Shown: positions 28,184 through 37,608 of the stretch, in pieces
Position numbering within the stretch: the first letter of the stretch is position 1
Layout: the number at the start of each line of letters is the position of its first letter
DNA from: an uncultured Candidatus Poseidoniales archaeon
Lineage (GTDB): Archaea; Thermoplasmatota; Poseidoniia; Poseidoniales; Thalassarchaeaceae
Assembly (NCBI GenBank): GCA_964563355.1
Contig: CAZLVU010000003.1
Coordinates: 773-64,772, forward strand
DNA: 64,000 nucleotides
Direction of reading: 5' to 3'
The notes under the pieces: generated by a model
The model's input: the letters and a program-made list of their open reading frames with translations, nothing else
The model's database searches: none
Told to the model about the DNA's origin: nothing
Made by a program: the position numbers and the translations under genes

Positions 28184-28591
28184 TCACTGCCTTACTTCCA
28201 TGCTCCAGTCCAAGCTGGCACCAGAGCGAGTAATCATCATGCCCACTGAGCAGTACCTCTCGTGGCTCTTCTCAATCAACCTTCGGACCAATTCTTCGGG
28301 AACGTCTCCAACTATGGTGTATTTCATTCGAATCGATGTGAAAACTCTAGGAGCCTGATCAGCTCTGTCGGCATCGACCTCTACAATCGCGCTATTCACC
28401 TTGTCTATCCGATCCTTCAGCCCATCAATCACATCGATAAGAGAGCAACATGCATGAGAGTGCAGAACCATCTCCATCGGTCCCGGGGTGGAAATTCCGT
28501 ACATCTCGAATATCTTGCCACCCGAAGTAGTCCCAACATATCCCTCGGCCTGTGTCCACCGCACCTCTCCTTCCATGCGTCTGAAGTACAC
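28184..28591 (-). CDS. OsmC/Ohr-family peroxiredoxin-like protein
   Basis: 135 aa. It has the two conserved Cys contexts of OsmC-like proteins ([13 protein letters not shown] and [10 protein letters not shown]), and the size is typical for the family. Confidence 0.7.
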   Translation of the reverse strand: MYFRRMEGEVRWTQAEGYVGTTSGGKIFEMYGISTPGPMEMVLHSHACCSLIDVIDGLKDRIDKVNSAIVEVDADRADQAPRVFTSIRMKYTIVGDVPEELVRRLIEKSHERYCSVGMMITRSGASLDWSMEVRQ

Positions 28592-28615
28592 AACCCCCCC
28601 TTGAAGGGTTGGCTT

Positions 28616-29878
28616 ATGAGTGGTGGATTGGTCGGTGCACCGAGAGACATGCCAGAGGCCTCACTGATTACGATTCGCAAGGGCGCTCTTGATGTTCCCG
28701 ACGATCCAACAGTACACTACATCGAGGGAGACGGCATTGGCGTGGACATCACTCCAGTAATGATTTCCGTAGTAGACGCTGCCGTGGAGAAGGCCTACAA
28801 CGGGTCACGCAAGATTCAGTGGAAGGAAGTACTAGCTGGACAGAAGGCATTCGACGAGACCGGAGAATGGTTGCCCGAGCCTACAAAGAAATCGATGCGC
28901 GATGGACTGATTTCTATCAAAGGACCACTGACCACCCCAGTGGGGGGTGGAATCCGCAGCCTCAACGTCGCGTTGCGACAACAGTTGGACCTGTACGCAT
29001 GCGTAAGACCAGTAAGATGGTTTTCTGGGACCCCTAGTCCAGTAAAGGACCCGGCATCAGTGGACATGATTATCTTCAGGGAGAACAGTGAGGACGTGTA
29101 TGCGGGCATCGAGTGGGAGGCCGGCTCCAGCGAAGTCCGCAAGGTCATTGATTTTCTCCAGAACGAGATGGGAGTCGACAAAATTCGATTCCCAGAAACT
29201 GCTGGAATCGGAATCAAACCCGTGAGTCAGGAAGGAACAGCACGCATAGTCCGCGCCGCCATCCGTTATGCAATAGACAATGACAGGGATAGCGTTACAC
29301 TGGTGCACAAGGGCAACATAATGAAGTTCACCGAAGGCGGTTTTCGTGATTGGGGTTACCAACTCGCTAAGGAAGAGTTCGGGGCAGTTGAATTGGAAGG
29401 CGGACCTTGGTGCGAATTCCAGAACCCTGAGACAGGTACGAAAATCGTCTTGAAAGATGTGATAGCAGACGCGATGCTTCAGCAGGTGCTGACACGTCCG
29501 CGTGAATACAGCGTACTGACCACCATGAACCTGAACGGCGACTACATCTCCGATGCTCTTGCAGCTCAGGTCGGAGGCATCGGAATCGCCCCAGGAGCCA
29601 ACATCAACTATGACACAGGTGTTGCAATCTTCGAAGCCACTCACGGGACTGCGCCGAAGTACGCCGGGCAGGACAAGGTCAACCCCGGTAGCCTGATCCT
29701 ATCGGCTGAAATGATGTTGCGTCACATGAATTGGACCGATGCTGCAGACTTTGTTGTGAAGGGCATGGAGGGGGCCATTTCTGCCAAGACTGTCACTTAC
29801 GACTTTGAGAGGTTGATGGATGATGCAACACTCCTTTCCTGCTCTGAATTTGGAGACGCCATTATTTCTCACATGTAG
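28616..29878 (+). CDS. icd: NADP-dependent isocitrate dehydrogenase (prokaryotic homodimeric type)
   Basis: [74 protein letters not shown] and [12 protein letters not shown] are near-textbook Icd motifs. Start at the internal ATG 28616, or 28649; the first 118 codons of ORF 28262.. overlap the OsmC-like gene. Confidence 0.92.
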   Translation: MSGGLVGAPRDMPEASLITIRKGALDVPDDPTVHYIEGDGIGVDITPVMISVVDAAVEKAYNGSRKIQWKEVLAGQKAFDETGEWLPEPTKKSMRDGLISIKGPLTTPVGGGIRSLNVALRQQLDLYACVRPVRWFSGTPSPVKDPASVDMIIFRENSEDVYAGIEWEAGSSEVRKVIDFLQNEMGVDKIRFPETAGIGIKPVSQEGTARIVRAAIRYAIDNDRDSVTLVHKGNIMKFTEGGFRDWGYQLAKEEFGAVELEGGPWCEFQNPETGTKIVLKDVIADAMLQQVLTRPREYSVLTTMNLNGDYISDALAAQVGGIGIAPGANINYDTGVAIFEATHGTAPKYAGQDKVNPGSLILSAEMMLRHMNWTDAADFVVKGMEGAISAKTVTYDFERLMDDATLLSCSEFGDAIISHM

Positions 29879-29884
29879 GGTGAA

Positions 29885-30535
29885 ATGATGGACGATGCCA
29901 GGGAGAGGATGCTGGCACTCTTTGAGATGTCCCGGTTGTCCGATGAACCACTGTCTTGGTTCAATGACCTGTATTCTTCAGCTAACAACAACCGAGAATT
30001 GATCCCCTGGGACTGGAGAGAGCCTCATCCATTCCTACGAAACTGGGTTGGGAGGATAGATCACAGAGGAAAAGCCCTTGTCGTTGGGTGCGGCTTAGGT
30101 GAGGATGCCGCTTACCTGTCTCAATCAGGATGGCAAGTAACGGCTTTTGATATTTCAGAATCAGCTGTAAGCTGGGCGGCAGAATTGCACAGGGAGTGTG
30201 AGGTGGAGTGGATGGTAGCAGATTTGCTGGATCTCCCATTGGAATGGAGGGATGCATTCGATTTGGTTCTCGAAGTACATATCCTGCAGGCAATACCTGA
30301 GGAAATAAGAATTCGAGCCGCACCCAAGATGGCGCCACTTCTATCATTGAACGGGCATCTGGTATGCATAGGGAGGCTGAATGAAGACGGATCAGCTCAA
30401 GATGAGCCACCATGGGCACTGTCACGATCATTCATAGAAGATGTAGGAAAGGACCTCAAACAGGTTGAGTTCCACTGTTCAACAATCCCCGAAAAGGAAT
30501 CAACACGGTACCGTGCAGTGTGGACTAGAATATAG
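29885..30535 (+). CDS. class I SAM-dependent methyltransferase, thiopurine/halide-thiol methyltransferase-like
   Basis: PWDWREPHPFLRNWV...GKALVVGCGLGEDAAYLSQSGWQVTAFDISESAV shows SAM motif I plus the acidic residue at the end of beta-2. Size and layout resemble TPMT-family enzymes. Confidence 0.6.
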   Translation: MMDDARERMLALFEMSRLSDEPLSWFNDLYSSANNNRELIPWDWREPHPFLRNWVGRIDHRGKALVVGCGLGEDAAYLSQSGWQVTAFDISESAVSWAAELHRECEVEWMVADLLDLPLEWRDAFDLVLEVHILQAIPEEIRIRAAPKMAPLLSLNGHLVCIGRLNEDGSAQDEPPWALSRSFIEDVGKDLKQVEFHCSTIPEKESTRYRAVWTRI

Positions 30536-30545
30536 TTTTATTTTT
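30536..30545 (+). terminator. oligo-T tract after the methyltransferase gene
   Basis: TTTTATTTTT lies directly after the TAG stop at 30533-30535. Archaeal termination typically uses oligo-T. Confidence 0.3.
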
Positions 30546-30594
30546 ACACTTGATGTGAAAAATAACACATATTGCAATCGTGCACACTCGATGC

Positions 30595-30603
30595 TTTATC
30601 TAA
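30595..30603 (+). promoter_or_regulatory. candidate TATA box of the beta-oxidation operon
   Basis: TTTATCTAA is centred about 25 nt upstream of ATG 30624 in an unusually AT-rich 88-bp spacer. Confidence 0.35.
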
Positions 30604-30623
30604 TTCAGATTGGTGCATTGTCC

Positions 30624-31757
30624 ATGGCATCAGTTATCGCAGGGTTCGTCCGCTCACCGTTCACCCGAGCGGGAAGGGGAAGCCTCTCAAAATCAAGACC
30701 GGATGACATCGCTGCTGCAGTTGTTAACCGTCTTCTAACGGACTTGGGCGTTGACCCGGGAGCTATCGAAGACATAATCGTTGGAACAGCCTTCCCTGAA
30801 GGAGAGCAAGGGTTCAATCTAGCTAGGATGATTACTTTTCTAACCGATCTTCCAGAGAGTGTCCCCGGAGTCACCATTAACAGATTCTGCGGATCTTCAA
30901 TGCAAGCCATTCACGATGCTGCTGGGCGCATTGCAATGGGTGCGGGAGAAGCGTTCATTGCTGGTGGAGTTGAGGGCATGTCCAGAATTCCAATGACTGG
31001 ATTCAACCCCATGCCAAATCCCAAACTTAGCCAAAGCTATCCCGCTGCTTTCACATCCATGGGAATTACAGCAGAGAACCTGGCCGCTAAACACGGAATA
31101 GATAGACAAGCCCAGGAGGCCTTTGCAGCAGCCAGTCACGCCAAAGCAGCCAAAGCGACTGAGTCAGGAGCATTCTCAGAAGAGATTGTGCCCATCGAGA
31201 CGTCTGGAGGAATAGTTTCCTCCGACGGCTGCATACGCCCGGATACCAGTACAGAAGTCCTTTCAGGACTGCGACCCGCATTCCTGACGGCTGGCACGGT
31301 GACGGCTGGCACGTCATCACCCCTTACGGACGGGGCTGCGTTTGTCCTAGTTTGCTCCGAGGAATTCGCCAAAGAGCAAGACCTAACCCCCCTAGCCAGG
31401 ATCGTAAGCACTGCGGTATCCGGATGCGCCCCCGAAATCATGGGCATCGGACCGGTTGAAGCAACCAGAAAAGCGCTCGAACGAGCCGATCTCAGTATTG
31501 ATGAAATCGATATCATTGAACTAAACGAGGCCTTTGCGGCTCAATCTTTGGCTGTAATCGAAGAATTGGACCTTGACCCTGCAAAGGTAAACCTCGATGG
31601 TGGAGCCATAGCCATAGGGCACCCTCTAGGCGCGAGCGGAGCTAGGATTACAGGGAAGGCAGCCCAGCTGTTACATCGCAACGGTGCAAAAAGGGCCCTT
31701 GCTACAATGTGCATAGGGGGCGGTCAAGGGATAGCAACGATCCTGGAGAAGCCTTAG
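30624..31757 (+). CDS. acetyl-CoA C-acyltransferase (3-ketoacyl-CoA thiolase)
   Basis: MASVIAGFVRSPFTRAG. The active-site Cys block is INRFCGSSMQAI. The C-terminal blocks are NEAFAAQSL, GGAIAIGHPLGASGARI and CIGGGQGIA. Start at the internal ATG 30624 of ORF 30465.. Confidence 0.9.
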   Translation: MASVIAGFVRSPFTRAGRGSLSKSRPDDIAAAVVNRLLTDLGVDPGAIEDIIVGTAFPEGEQGFNLARMITFLTDLPESVPGVTINRFCGSSMQAIHDAAGRIAMGAGEAFIAGGVEGMSRIPMTGFNPMPNPKLSQSYPAAFTSMGITAENLAAKHGIDRQAQEAFAAASHAKAAKATESGAFSEEIVPIETSGGIVSSDGCIRPDTSTEVLSGLRPAFLTAGTVTAGTSSPLTDGAAFVLVCSEEFAKEQDLTPLARIVSTAVSGCAPEIMGIGPVEATRKALERADLSIDEIDIIELNEAFAAQSLAVIEELDLDPAKVNLDGGAIAIGHPLGASGARITGKAAQLLHRNGAKRALATMCIGGGQGIATILEKP

Positions 31758-31767
31758 AGGGGATCAA

Positions 31768-34158
31768 ATGACTCAAGAAGCAACAGGCGTCGATAGCCAT
31801 CAAGACAACGTTATCCCCCCCCACGCCCCCATTCAGAAGGTTGCGGTGATAGGTAGCGGAGTTATGGGCGCGGGAATAGCTGCTCACTGTGCAAACGCTG
31901 GTTGCGAGGTTCTTTTACTGGACATTATTCCTGAAGACGCAGCTGACAGAAACTCCACCGCCAGACACGCAATCGATAGCATGCTCAACTCCAATCCAGA
32001 GATGCTAATGCACAAGAGAAACTCGGAGAGGGTCACTCCTGGGAACATCGAGGACGACCTCCCCAAGCTGAAAAATTTTGACTGGGTGATCGAGGCAATA
32101 GTGGAGAATCTAGAGATTAAGCGTAGCCTATTTGAACGAATAGCGGAGTACTTGGGCAATGGCACAATCCTGTCCTCTAACACCTCCACTCTCCCACGCT
32201 CGGAACTGGTCCATGGAATGCCTCACGACATTGCTTCAAGATTCATCATTACTCACTTCTTCAATCCCCCCCGATACCTCCCCCTTCTAGAGATAGTAGC
32301 CGGTCCCGAGGTCGAAGACTCCGTAATCGAAAGATTTTCCGAATTTGCCGATATCCAACTTGGAAAGAGGGTAACGTATTGCAACGACACGCCGGGCTTC
32401 ATCGCAAACAGGCTAGGGACTTACTTTAACCAGAGGGCGTTCAAGGCAACGCTGGATCACGGTCTAACGGTCGAACAGGCAGATGCAATGCTTAGTCGCC
32501 CAATTGGACTACCCAAGACAGGGGTTTTTGGTCTCATGGACCTCGTTGGGGTCGACCTCGTTCCACATATTATGGATAGCTTGCTAGCTCATCTCGAACC
32601 GGATGACCCATTCCACGAGATTGCCGGATACGGATCAGAGATAGTGTCCCTGATGATTGAGAACGGCTATACGGGACGCAAGGGCAAGGGCGGATTCTAT
32701 CGGTTGAATGAAACAGACGGCAAACGTACCAAGGAAGCCAGATCGTTCGCTTCGGGAGAGTACTCCCCTGTCGATAGGGCGGCGGCATTCCCCTCCGCAA
32801 AGATGGGAAAGCGAGGCCTCGCAGCGATTATGGATTGCAACGATACGGGGTCAGATTTTGTAACCGATGTAATTCTGGACTCGCTGGCATATGCCGCCCA
32901 TATTGTGCCCGAGGTTAGTGATGACATTTACGCAATTGACGGAGCAATGAAGGTCGGTTACAACTGGAAGCTAGGCCCATTTGAGATGATAGATCAGATA
33001 GGGGCCTCGTCAATGGTGGAGAGACTCGAATCTAGTGGCAGGGAAGTGCCAAAACTGATTAGCCTAGCTGCTGAAAAGGATGGATTCTACACCACTGTTG
33101 AGAGCCAGATCAAGAGACTTTCACCGGATGGAAAGATGGTGACGGTTGATCGTGCTGAGACGAACCTAACCGTAGCAGATCTCAAGCGCGGGGGGGAGCC
33201 CCTGAAGAGGAACGGGTCGGCTAGCATCTGGGACATGGGAGATCGAGTTCTGCTCGTGGAATACCACACCAAGATGAATGCAATGGACCCGCAGAACATG
33301 GAAATGCTTCTGAACGCCGTTGAAATGGCCAAATCTGGTGAATGGAAAGGCATAGTAATCGGGAACGATGCCCCCAACTTCTGCGCCGGAGCTAATCTGG
33401 GCCTTGCTCTATTCGCTTCAAATCTGGGCGCTTGGAAGGAACTGGATGACTTCATTTCTTTGGGTCAGGACACATATCAGGCGGTGAAATACGCTGACGT
33501 ACCCATCGTCGCTGCCTCAGCAGGGATGTGCTTGGGTGGCGGTGCAGAGATTCTGATGCATTGCGATGCAGTTCAAGCTCACGCGGAATCTTACATCGGA
33601 CTAGTGGAGGTCGGTGTCGGGATTGTGCCAGCTTGGGGGGGATGTAAGGAACTCTTGGGCCGCTTGCGAGACTTTGGAATCTCTACTGGCGGACCCATGG
33701 GCCCAGTGATGCAAGCCTTCGAGACGATTGGAACAGCTCAGGTTGCCAAGTCCGCTGAACAGGCGCGCTCCATGGCCTTCCTAAGCCCACACGATCGCAT
33801 CACTATGAATCGGGATCGGTTGCTTTACGATGCCAAAAACACGGCCTTGGATTTAGCTGCGGACTACTGTCCCCCGGAGCCACACACGTACCAATTACCC
33901 GGATCCACCGGTAAGGCAGCCCTACAGTTGGCAGTCACAGATCTCGCCCTTTCTGGCGCTGCCACATCTCATGATGTCGTAGTCGCCAACGAACTCGCAA
34001 TCATCCTTTCAGGTGGTATTACCGATGTCACCGAAACTCTAGACGAGGCAGATCTACTTTTACTAGAGAGGGAATCCATCGCGAGACTCGGCCGAAATAC
34101 AGCCACACTGGATCGTATGCAGCACATGCTTGAGACGGGGAAGCCACTTAGGAACTGA
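31768..34158 (+). CDS. fused 3-hydroxyacyl-CoA dehydrogenase (N-terminal) / enoyl-CoA hydratase (C-terminal), FadN-type architecture
   Basis: The NAD fold is KVAVIGSGVMGAGIAAHCANAGCEVLLLDI and the HADH core is ITHFFNPPRYLPLLEIV. The C-terminal crotonase motifs are VIGNDAPNFCAGANLG and ASAGMCLGGGAEILMHCD. Confidence 0.85.
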   Translation: MTQEATGVDSHQDNVIPPHAPIQKVAVIGSGVMGAGIAAHCANAGCEVLLLDIIPEDAADRNSTARHAIDSMLNSNPEMLMHKRNSERVTPGNIEDDLPKLKNFDWVIEAIVENLEIKRSLFERIAEYLGNGTILSSNTSTLPRSELVHGMPHDIASRFIITHFFNPPRYLPLLEIVAGPEVEDSVIERFSEFADIQLGKRVTYCNDTPGFIANRLGTYFNQRAFKATLDHGLTVEQADAMLSRPIGLPKTGVFGLMDLVGVDLVPHIMDSLLAHLEPDDPFHEIAGYGSEIVSLMIENGYTGRKGKGGFYRLNETDGKRTKEARSFASGEYSPVDRAAAFPSAKMGKRGLAAIMDCNDTGSDFVTDVILDSLAYAAHIVPEVSDDIYAIDGAMKVGYNWKLGPFEMIDQIGASSMVERLESSGREVPKLISLAAEKDGFYTTVESQIKRLSPDGKMVTVDRAETNLTVADLKRGGEPLKRNGSASIWDMGDRVLLVEYHTKMNAMDPQNMEMLLNAVEMAKSGEWKGIVIGNDAPNFCAGANLGLALFASNLGAWKELDDFISLGQDTYQAVKYADVPIVAASAGMCLGGGAEILMHCDAVQAHAESYIGLVEVGVGIVPAWGGCKELLGRLRDFGISTGGPMGPVMQAFETIGTAQVAKSAEQARSMAFLSPHDRITMNRDRLLYDAKNTALDLAADYCPPEPHTYQLPGSTGKAALQLAVTDLALSGAATSHDVVVANELAIILSGGITDVTETLDEADLLLLERESIARLGRNTATLDRMQHMLETGKPLRN

Positions 34159-34167
34159 GGTGAAGAA

Positions 34168-35973
34168 ATGGTAGTCTATAACGCACCATTGGATGAGTAC
34201 GAGTTTCTTTTCAAGGAGGTCTTCGATGCGTTCCCAATCATTCAGAATCTGGGGTACGATGACTTCGATGCTGCCACGTTCTCCATGATGAACAACGGTT
34301 GGGCTGAGCATGCTACCGAAGTGTGGCTGCCAATCAACCAACTTGGCGACCGAGAGGGCCTCAAGTTCGAGGATGGCACCATCAAGATGCCACAGGAATT
34401 CAAGGATGCTTATCATGAGGGGGTCGAAGCGGGCTGGCTGGCAACTTCCTGTAAACCCGAACATGGCGGTCTGGGGGCCCCGATCTTCTTCCAAGCGGTG
34501 TCATGGGCAGAAATCGGGACTGCTACAAATATGGCGATGAGCGTTCTACCAGCACTCTCTCTGGGGGTTTACGACATTCTTTCTCAACACGGAGAACAAG
34601 AGGTAGTCGATTACTTCGCAACCAACCTAGCCTCGGGAGAGTGGGCTGGGACAATGTGTCTTACTGAGCCACATGCTGGCACAGACCTGGGTATGATTAC
34701 GACTAGGGCAGAGCCACAAGAAGATGGAACCCACCGAATCACTGGTACGAAGATTTTCATCACCTACGGCGAGCACGACATGACAGAAAACATCGTGCAT
34801 CTAGTCCTGGCAAAGACCCCAGGGGCCCCGGAGGGCACCAAAGGAATCACTCTGTTTGTGGTTCCCAAGTTCTTGCCCGCATCTTGGGAGTCCGGCGGAA
34901 TTGGGGGCCATTCCCATGAACTAGGGAGTACCAACAACGGTATCACTTGCTCGGGCAGCGAGGAGAAGATGGGGCTACACGCCTCGCCGACCTGTGTAAT
35001 GAACTTCGAAGCCTCCGTCGGATGGAGGGTTGGGGCCCTGCATGAGGGAATGCCAATAATGTTCGAGATGATGAATAGGGAGAGGGTAGCAACTGGAATG
35101 ATGGGCATAGGTTTGGCTGAGATTGCATACCAAAATGCCTTAGCCTGGGCAAGAGATAGGAGACAAGGCAGAGATTTGAAGGGAACGCAGGAACCCAACG
35201 AGAGGGCTGACAACATTTTGGTTCACCCGGACGTTCGGAGAATGTTGCTAGAGGCCAAGGTCAACAACGAGGGCAGTAGAGCTCTCGCGGCTTGGACAGG
35301 AATTCTCCTAGACCAGATGAACAGCCAAGACCCAGAGGAGGCTGAACGAGCCAAATCCCTCGCTTCTCTTTTCACTCCTATAGTCAAGGCACACTTCACC
35401 GATCTAGCATGCGAGACTGTCAGCACCTGCATGCAGGTGATGGGAGGGGCCGGATACTGCACCGAGTACGGGGTCGAACAGTTTTACCGCGACGTGCGGA
35501 TTTCCAAGATCTGGGAAGGCACGAATGGAATTCAGGCATTAGACCTAGCAGGCCGGAAGATTACACAAGAAATGGGCAAGAACCTGCGTCACCTAATGTG
35601 GCCACTAACAGAATTCATCGAGGAGAACCGTGAAATTTCAGAGATGGACGAATTCAACAAACCGCTTCACCAGGGTGTCAGAGGACTCCAGCAACTCACC
35701 CTGCTCATGATCGCTCAGGGACAGGCTAACCCACACTTCTTGGCGGCAGGTGCAACAGACTATTGCAGGTACTTTGCCAATGTCTTGCTGGCCTACATGT
35801 GGGCCAAAATTGCCAAGATATGCATAGGGAAGAAGGAACTGCCGTTCTACGGAGCCAAGCTCGCAAGCGCCCGCTACTTCTTCAAACGGGTTTATCCAGA
35901 GACTCTGAGCCTAGCGGCCAAGATTCAATCTGGCCATAAGCCGATGATGGAATTCCCGGAGGCGTCGTTTTGA
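34168..35973 (+). CDS. long-form acyl-CoA dehydrogenase (~600 aa, FadE-like with extra C-terminal domain)
   Basis: GTMCLTEPHAGTDLG, KIFITYGEHD, MGGAGYCTEYGVEQFYRDVRISKIWEGTNGIQALDL. Confidence 0.85.
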   Translation: MVVYNAPLDEYEFLFKEVFDAFPIIQNLGYDDFDAATFSMMNNGWAEHATEVWLPINQLGDREGLKFEDGTIKMPQEFKDAYHEGVEAGWLATSCKPEHGGLGAPIFFQAVSWAEIGTATNMAMSVLPALSLGVYDILSQHGEQEVVDYFATNLASGEWAGTMCLTEPHAGTDLGMITTRAEPQEDGTHRITGTKIFITYGEHDMTENIVHLVLAKTPGAPEGTKGITLFVVPKFLPASWESGGIGGHSHELGSTNNGITCSGSEEKMGLHASPTCVMNFEASVGWRVGALHEGMPIMFEMMNRERVATGMMGIGLAEIAYQNALAWARDRRQGRDLKGTQEPNERADNILVHPDVRRMLLEAKVNNEGSRALAAWTGILLDQMNSQDPEEAERAKSLASLFTPIVKAHFTDLACETVSTCMQVMGGAGYCTEYGVEQFYRDVRISKIWEGTNGIQALDLAGRKITQEMGKNLRHLMWPLTEFIEENREISEMDEFNKPLHQGVRGLQQLTLLMIAQGQANPHFLAAGATDYCRYFANVLLAYMWAKIAKICIGKKELPFYGAKLASARYFFKRVYPETLSLAAKIQSGHKPMMEFPEASF

Positions 35974-37028
35974 TTAGTGACCGCAGCAGCTCTAGGGCAG
36001 CCGTCATCAAGGGCCGTGCAGCAGCCTACATCAGAACCCCAGCTAATTGGTATCCGACAATTCCTCGCATTCTGATAATCGCCCTACCAGCTGAGATTCT
36101 TGCTCTGGTGATATTACCGGATGCAGTATCCAGCAGAATTTATTGGTTGGCTGTGGGACTCACAGCACCTTTTGCCGCATGGTTCCTCGTTTACTGGAGA
36201 GTGTATAAGTCGGTTTTCGTAACCATGAAACCCAATCCGAGTGGGCAACTCGATCCCAGGTGGAAGCCGTTCACATTCACCGGCTGGGGCGACGAGTCGC
36301 TGAAGGCATATCTGATAGAGTCGGACATAGGAAGCAAGGACCTGCTATTGTACCTCCACGGATATAACTCCAGAATGGCTAGAGGAGAGTCCAGAGCATT
36401 ACAATTCCATGGAATGGGTCTAAACGTCATTAGCCTAGATCAGAGAGGTTTCGGCAATCAAGGAAAGAGGCATGACTGGACTCTACTGAAAGTGGTTGCA
36501 GATATCGAGGGACTGCTTGGGCATGCACCGAAAGCGCTGGGACACACCCCCCAAAGGCTGTGGATCTATGGCCACTCAATGGGCGGTTTTCTAACAACCA
36601 GGCTTGCTTCGCATCCATCCGGGTGGTGGGAGGGAGCACTCAAGGGAATCATACTTGAATCCCCTGTAGCATCTTTCCCGAAGATTATCGATTCGAAGCT
36701 ACCCGGTAGGGCCGTGATGGCGAAGCCTTGGGTCAGGCACATTCTCAGGAGGGAGCATGAGAGAATTCACCCGGACCTGAATGTAAGGTACGCCAATGCA
36801 GAAATCCCTTACTCTGGCATACCGAAGGTTCCTACTTTAGTCGTTCAGTCTCGCAACGACGAGACTTTGGGCGGAGAGCACTTTGATTTGATCAAGACAC
36901 ACATGTCCCACATCTCCGAGATTCATGTGCTTGATATGCCCCACACCTCTACAATGGACTCCCCTGACCGCCAAGAAGTGGTGAATAAGTGGATGAAGGA
37001 CCAACTTGACAATGGTGGGTTTGAATGA
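35970..37028 (+). CDS. membrane-anchored alpha/beta-hydrolase (lipase/esterase/lysophospholipase-like)
   Basis: Two N-terminal hydrophobic helices (ILIIALPAEILALVILP and LAVGLTAPFAAWFLVYW). HG block LYLHGYN. Nucleophile elbow IYGHSMGG. C-terminal His context LDMPHTS. The TTG start overlaps the upstream stop. Confidence 0.7.
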   Translation: MISDRSSSRAAVIKGRAAAYIRTPANWYPTIPRILIIALPAEILALVILPDAVSSRIYWLAVGLTAPFAAWFLVYWRVYKSVFVTMKPNPSGQLDPRWKPFTFTGWGDESLKAYLIESDIGSKDLLLYLHGYNSRMARGESRALQFHGMGLNVISLDQRGFGNQGKRHDWTLLKVVADIEGLLGHAPKALGHTPQRLWIYGHSMGGFLTTRLASHPSGWWEGALKGIILESPVASFPKIIDSKLPGRAVMAKPWVRHILRREHERIHPDLNVRYANAEIPYSGIPKVPTLVVQSRNDETLGGEHFDLIKTHMSHISEIHVLDMPHTSTMDSPDRQEVVNKWMKDQLDNGGFE

Positions 37029-37101
37029 AATGATTCTGGAGAAGGGCTTCATTATGATTCAGTGGGTGACTTGATGGGGGTAGGCGCTCACGCACATCGC
37101 G

Positions 37102-37608
37102 GTGGGTCATTTGCCAATCGACTATGAGAAGCTGGACTCGGAGCTGATTCGGCTCAGTGGGACGCTTCGATTTCGCTTATTCGCCGCCCGTTCATTCCCC
37201 GCTGCTGCGTTCACTGGTCTTAGGATAGATAGGCTTGACCGGAAGTTATGCATTACTTCGGTTCCCGGAGGCTGGAGGACCCAAAATCCGTTCCGAACCG
37301 TTTACTGGGCTGTTCAGGGGATGGCTGCAGAACTGGCAACCGGGGCTGCCCCCTTCGCTATCTCCAGATCAATGTCAGAGAAACTGCGAATGTTCGTGAT
37401 CGGCGTCGAAAGCTCGTTCACCAAGCGCGCGAAGGGCAGGATTAGTTTCACGTGCGATGAGTTGGACAAAGTTTGCGAAGCCGTGGAAAGAAGCATAGCA
37501 TCTGGCGAATCCGTAAATCTGGACCTAAGATCCATTGGGACTGACTCCTCTGGAGATGTTGTATCCGAATGGGTATTCAAGTGGAACTTCCGTGTGATGA
37601 GTAGGTGA
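37102..37608 (+). CDS. hotdog-fold thioesterase-like protein (DUF4442-like)
   Basis: 168 aa. The segment WRTQNPFRTVYWAVQGMAAELATGAAPF resembles the helix-plus-sheet core of DUF4442/PaaI-like hotdog proteins as I recall them. The operon context is acyl-CoA metabolism. GTG start. Confidence 0.4.
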   Translation: MGHLPIDYEKLDSELIRLSGTLRFRLFAARSFPAAAFTGLRIDRLDRKLCITSVPGGWRTQNPFRTVYWAVQGMAAELATGAAPFAISRSMSEKLRMFVIGVESSFTKRAKGRISFTCDELDKVCEAVERSIASGESVNLDLRSIGTDSSGDVVSEWVFKWNFRVMSR

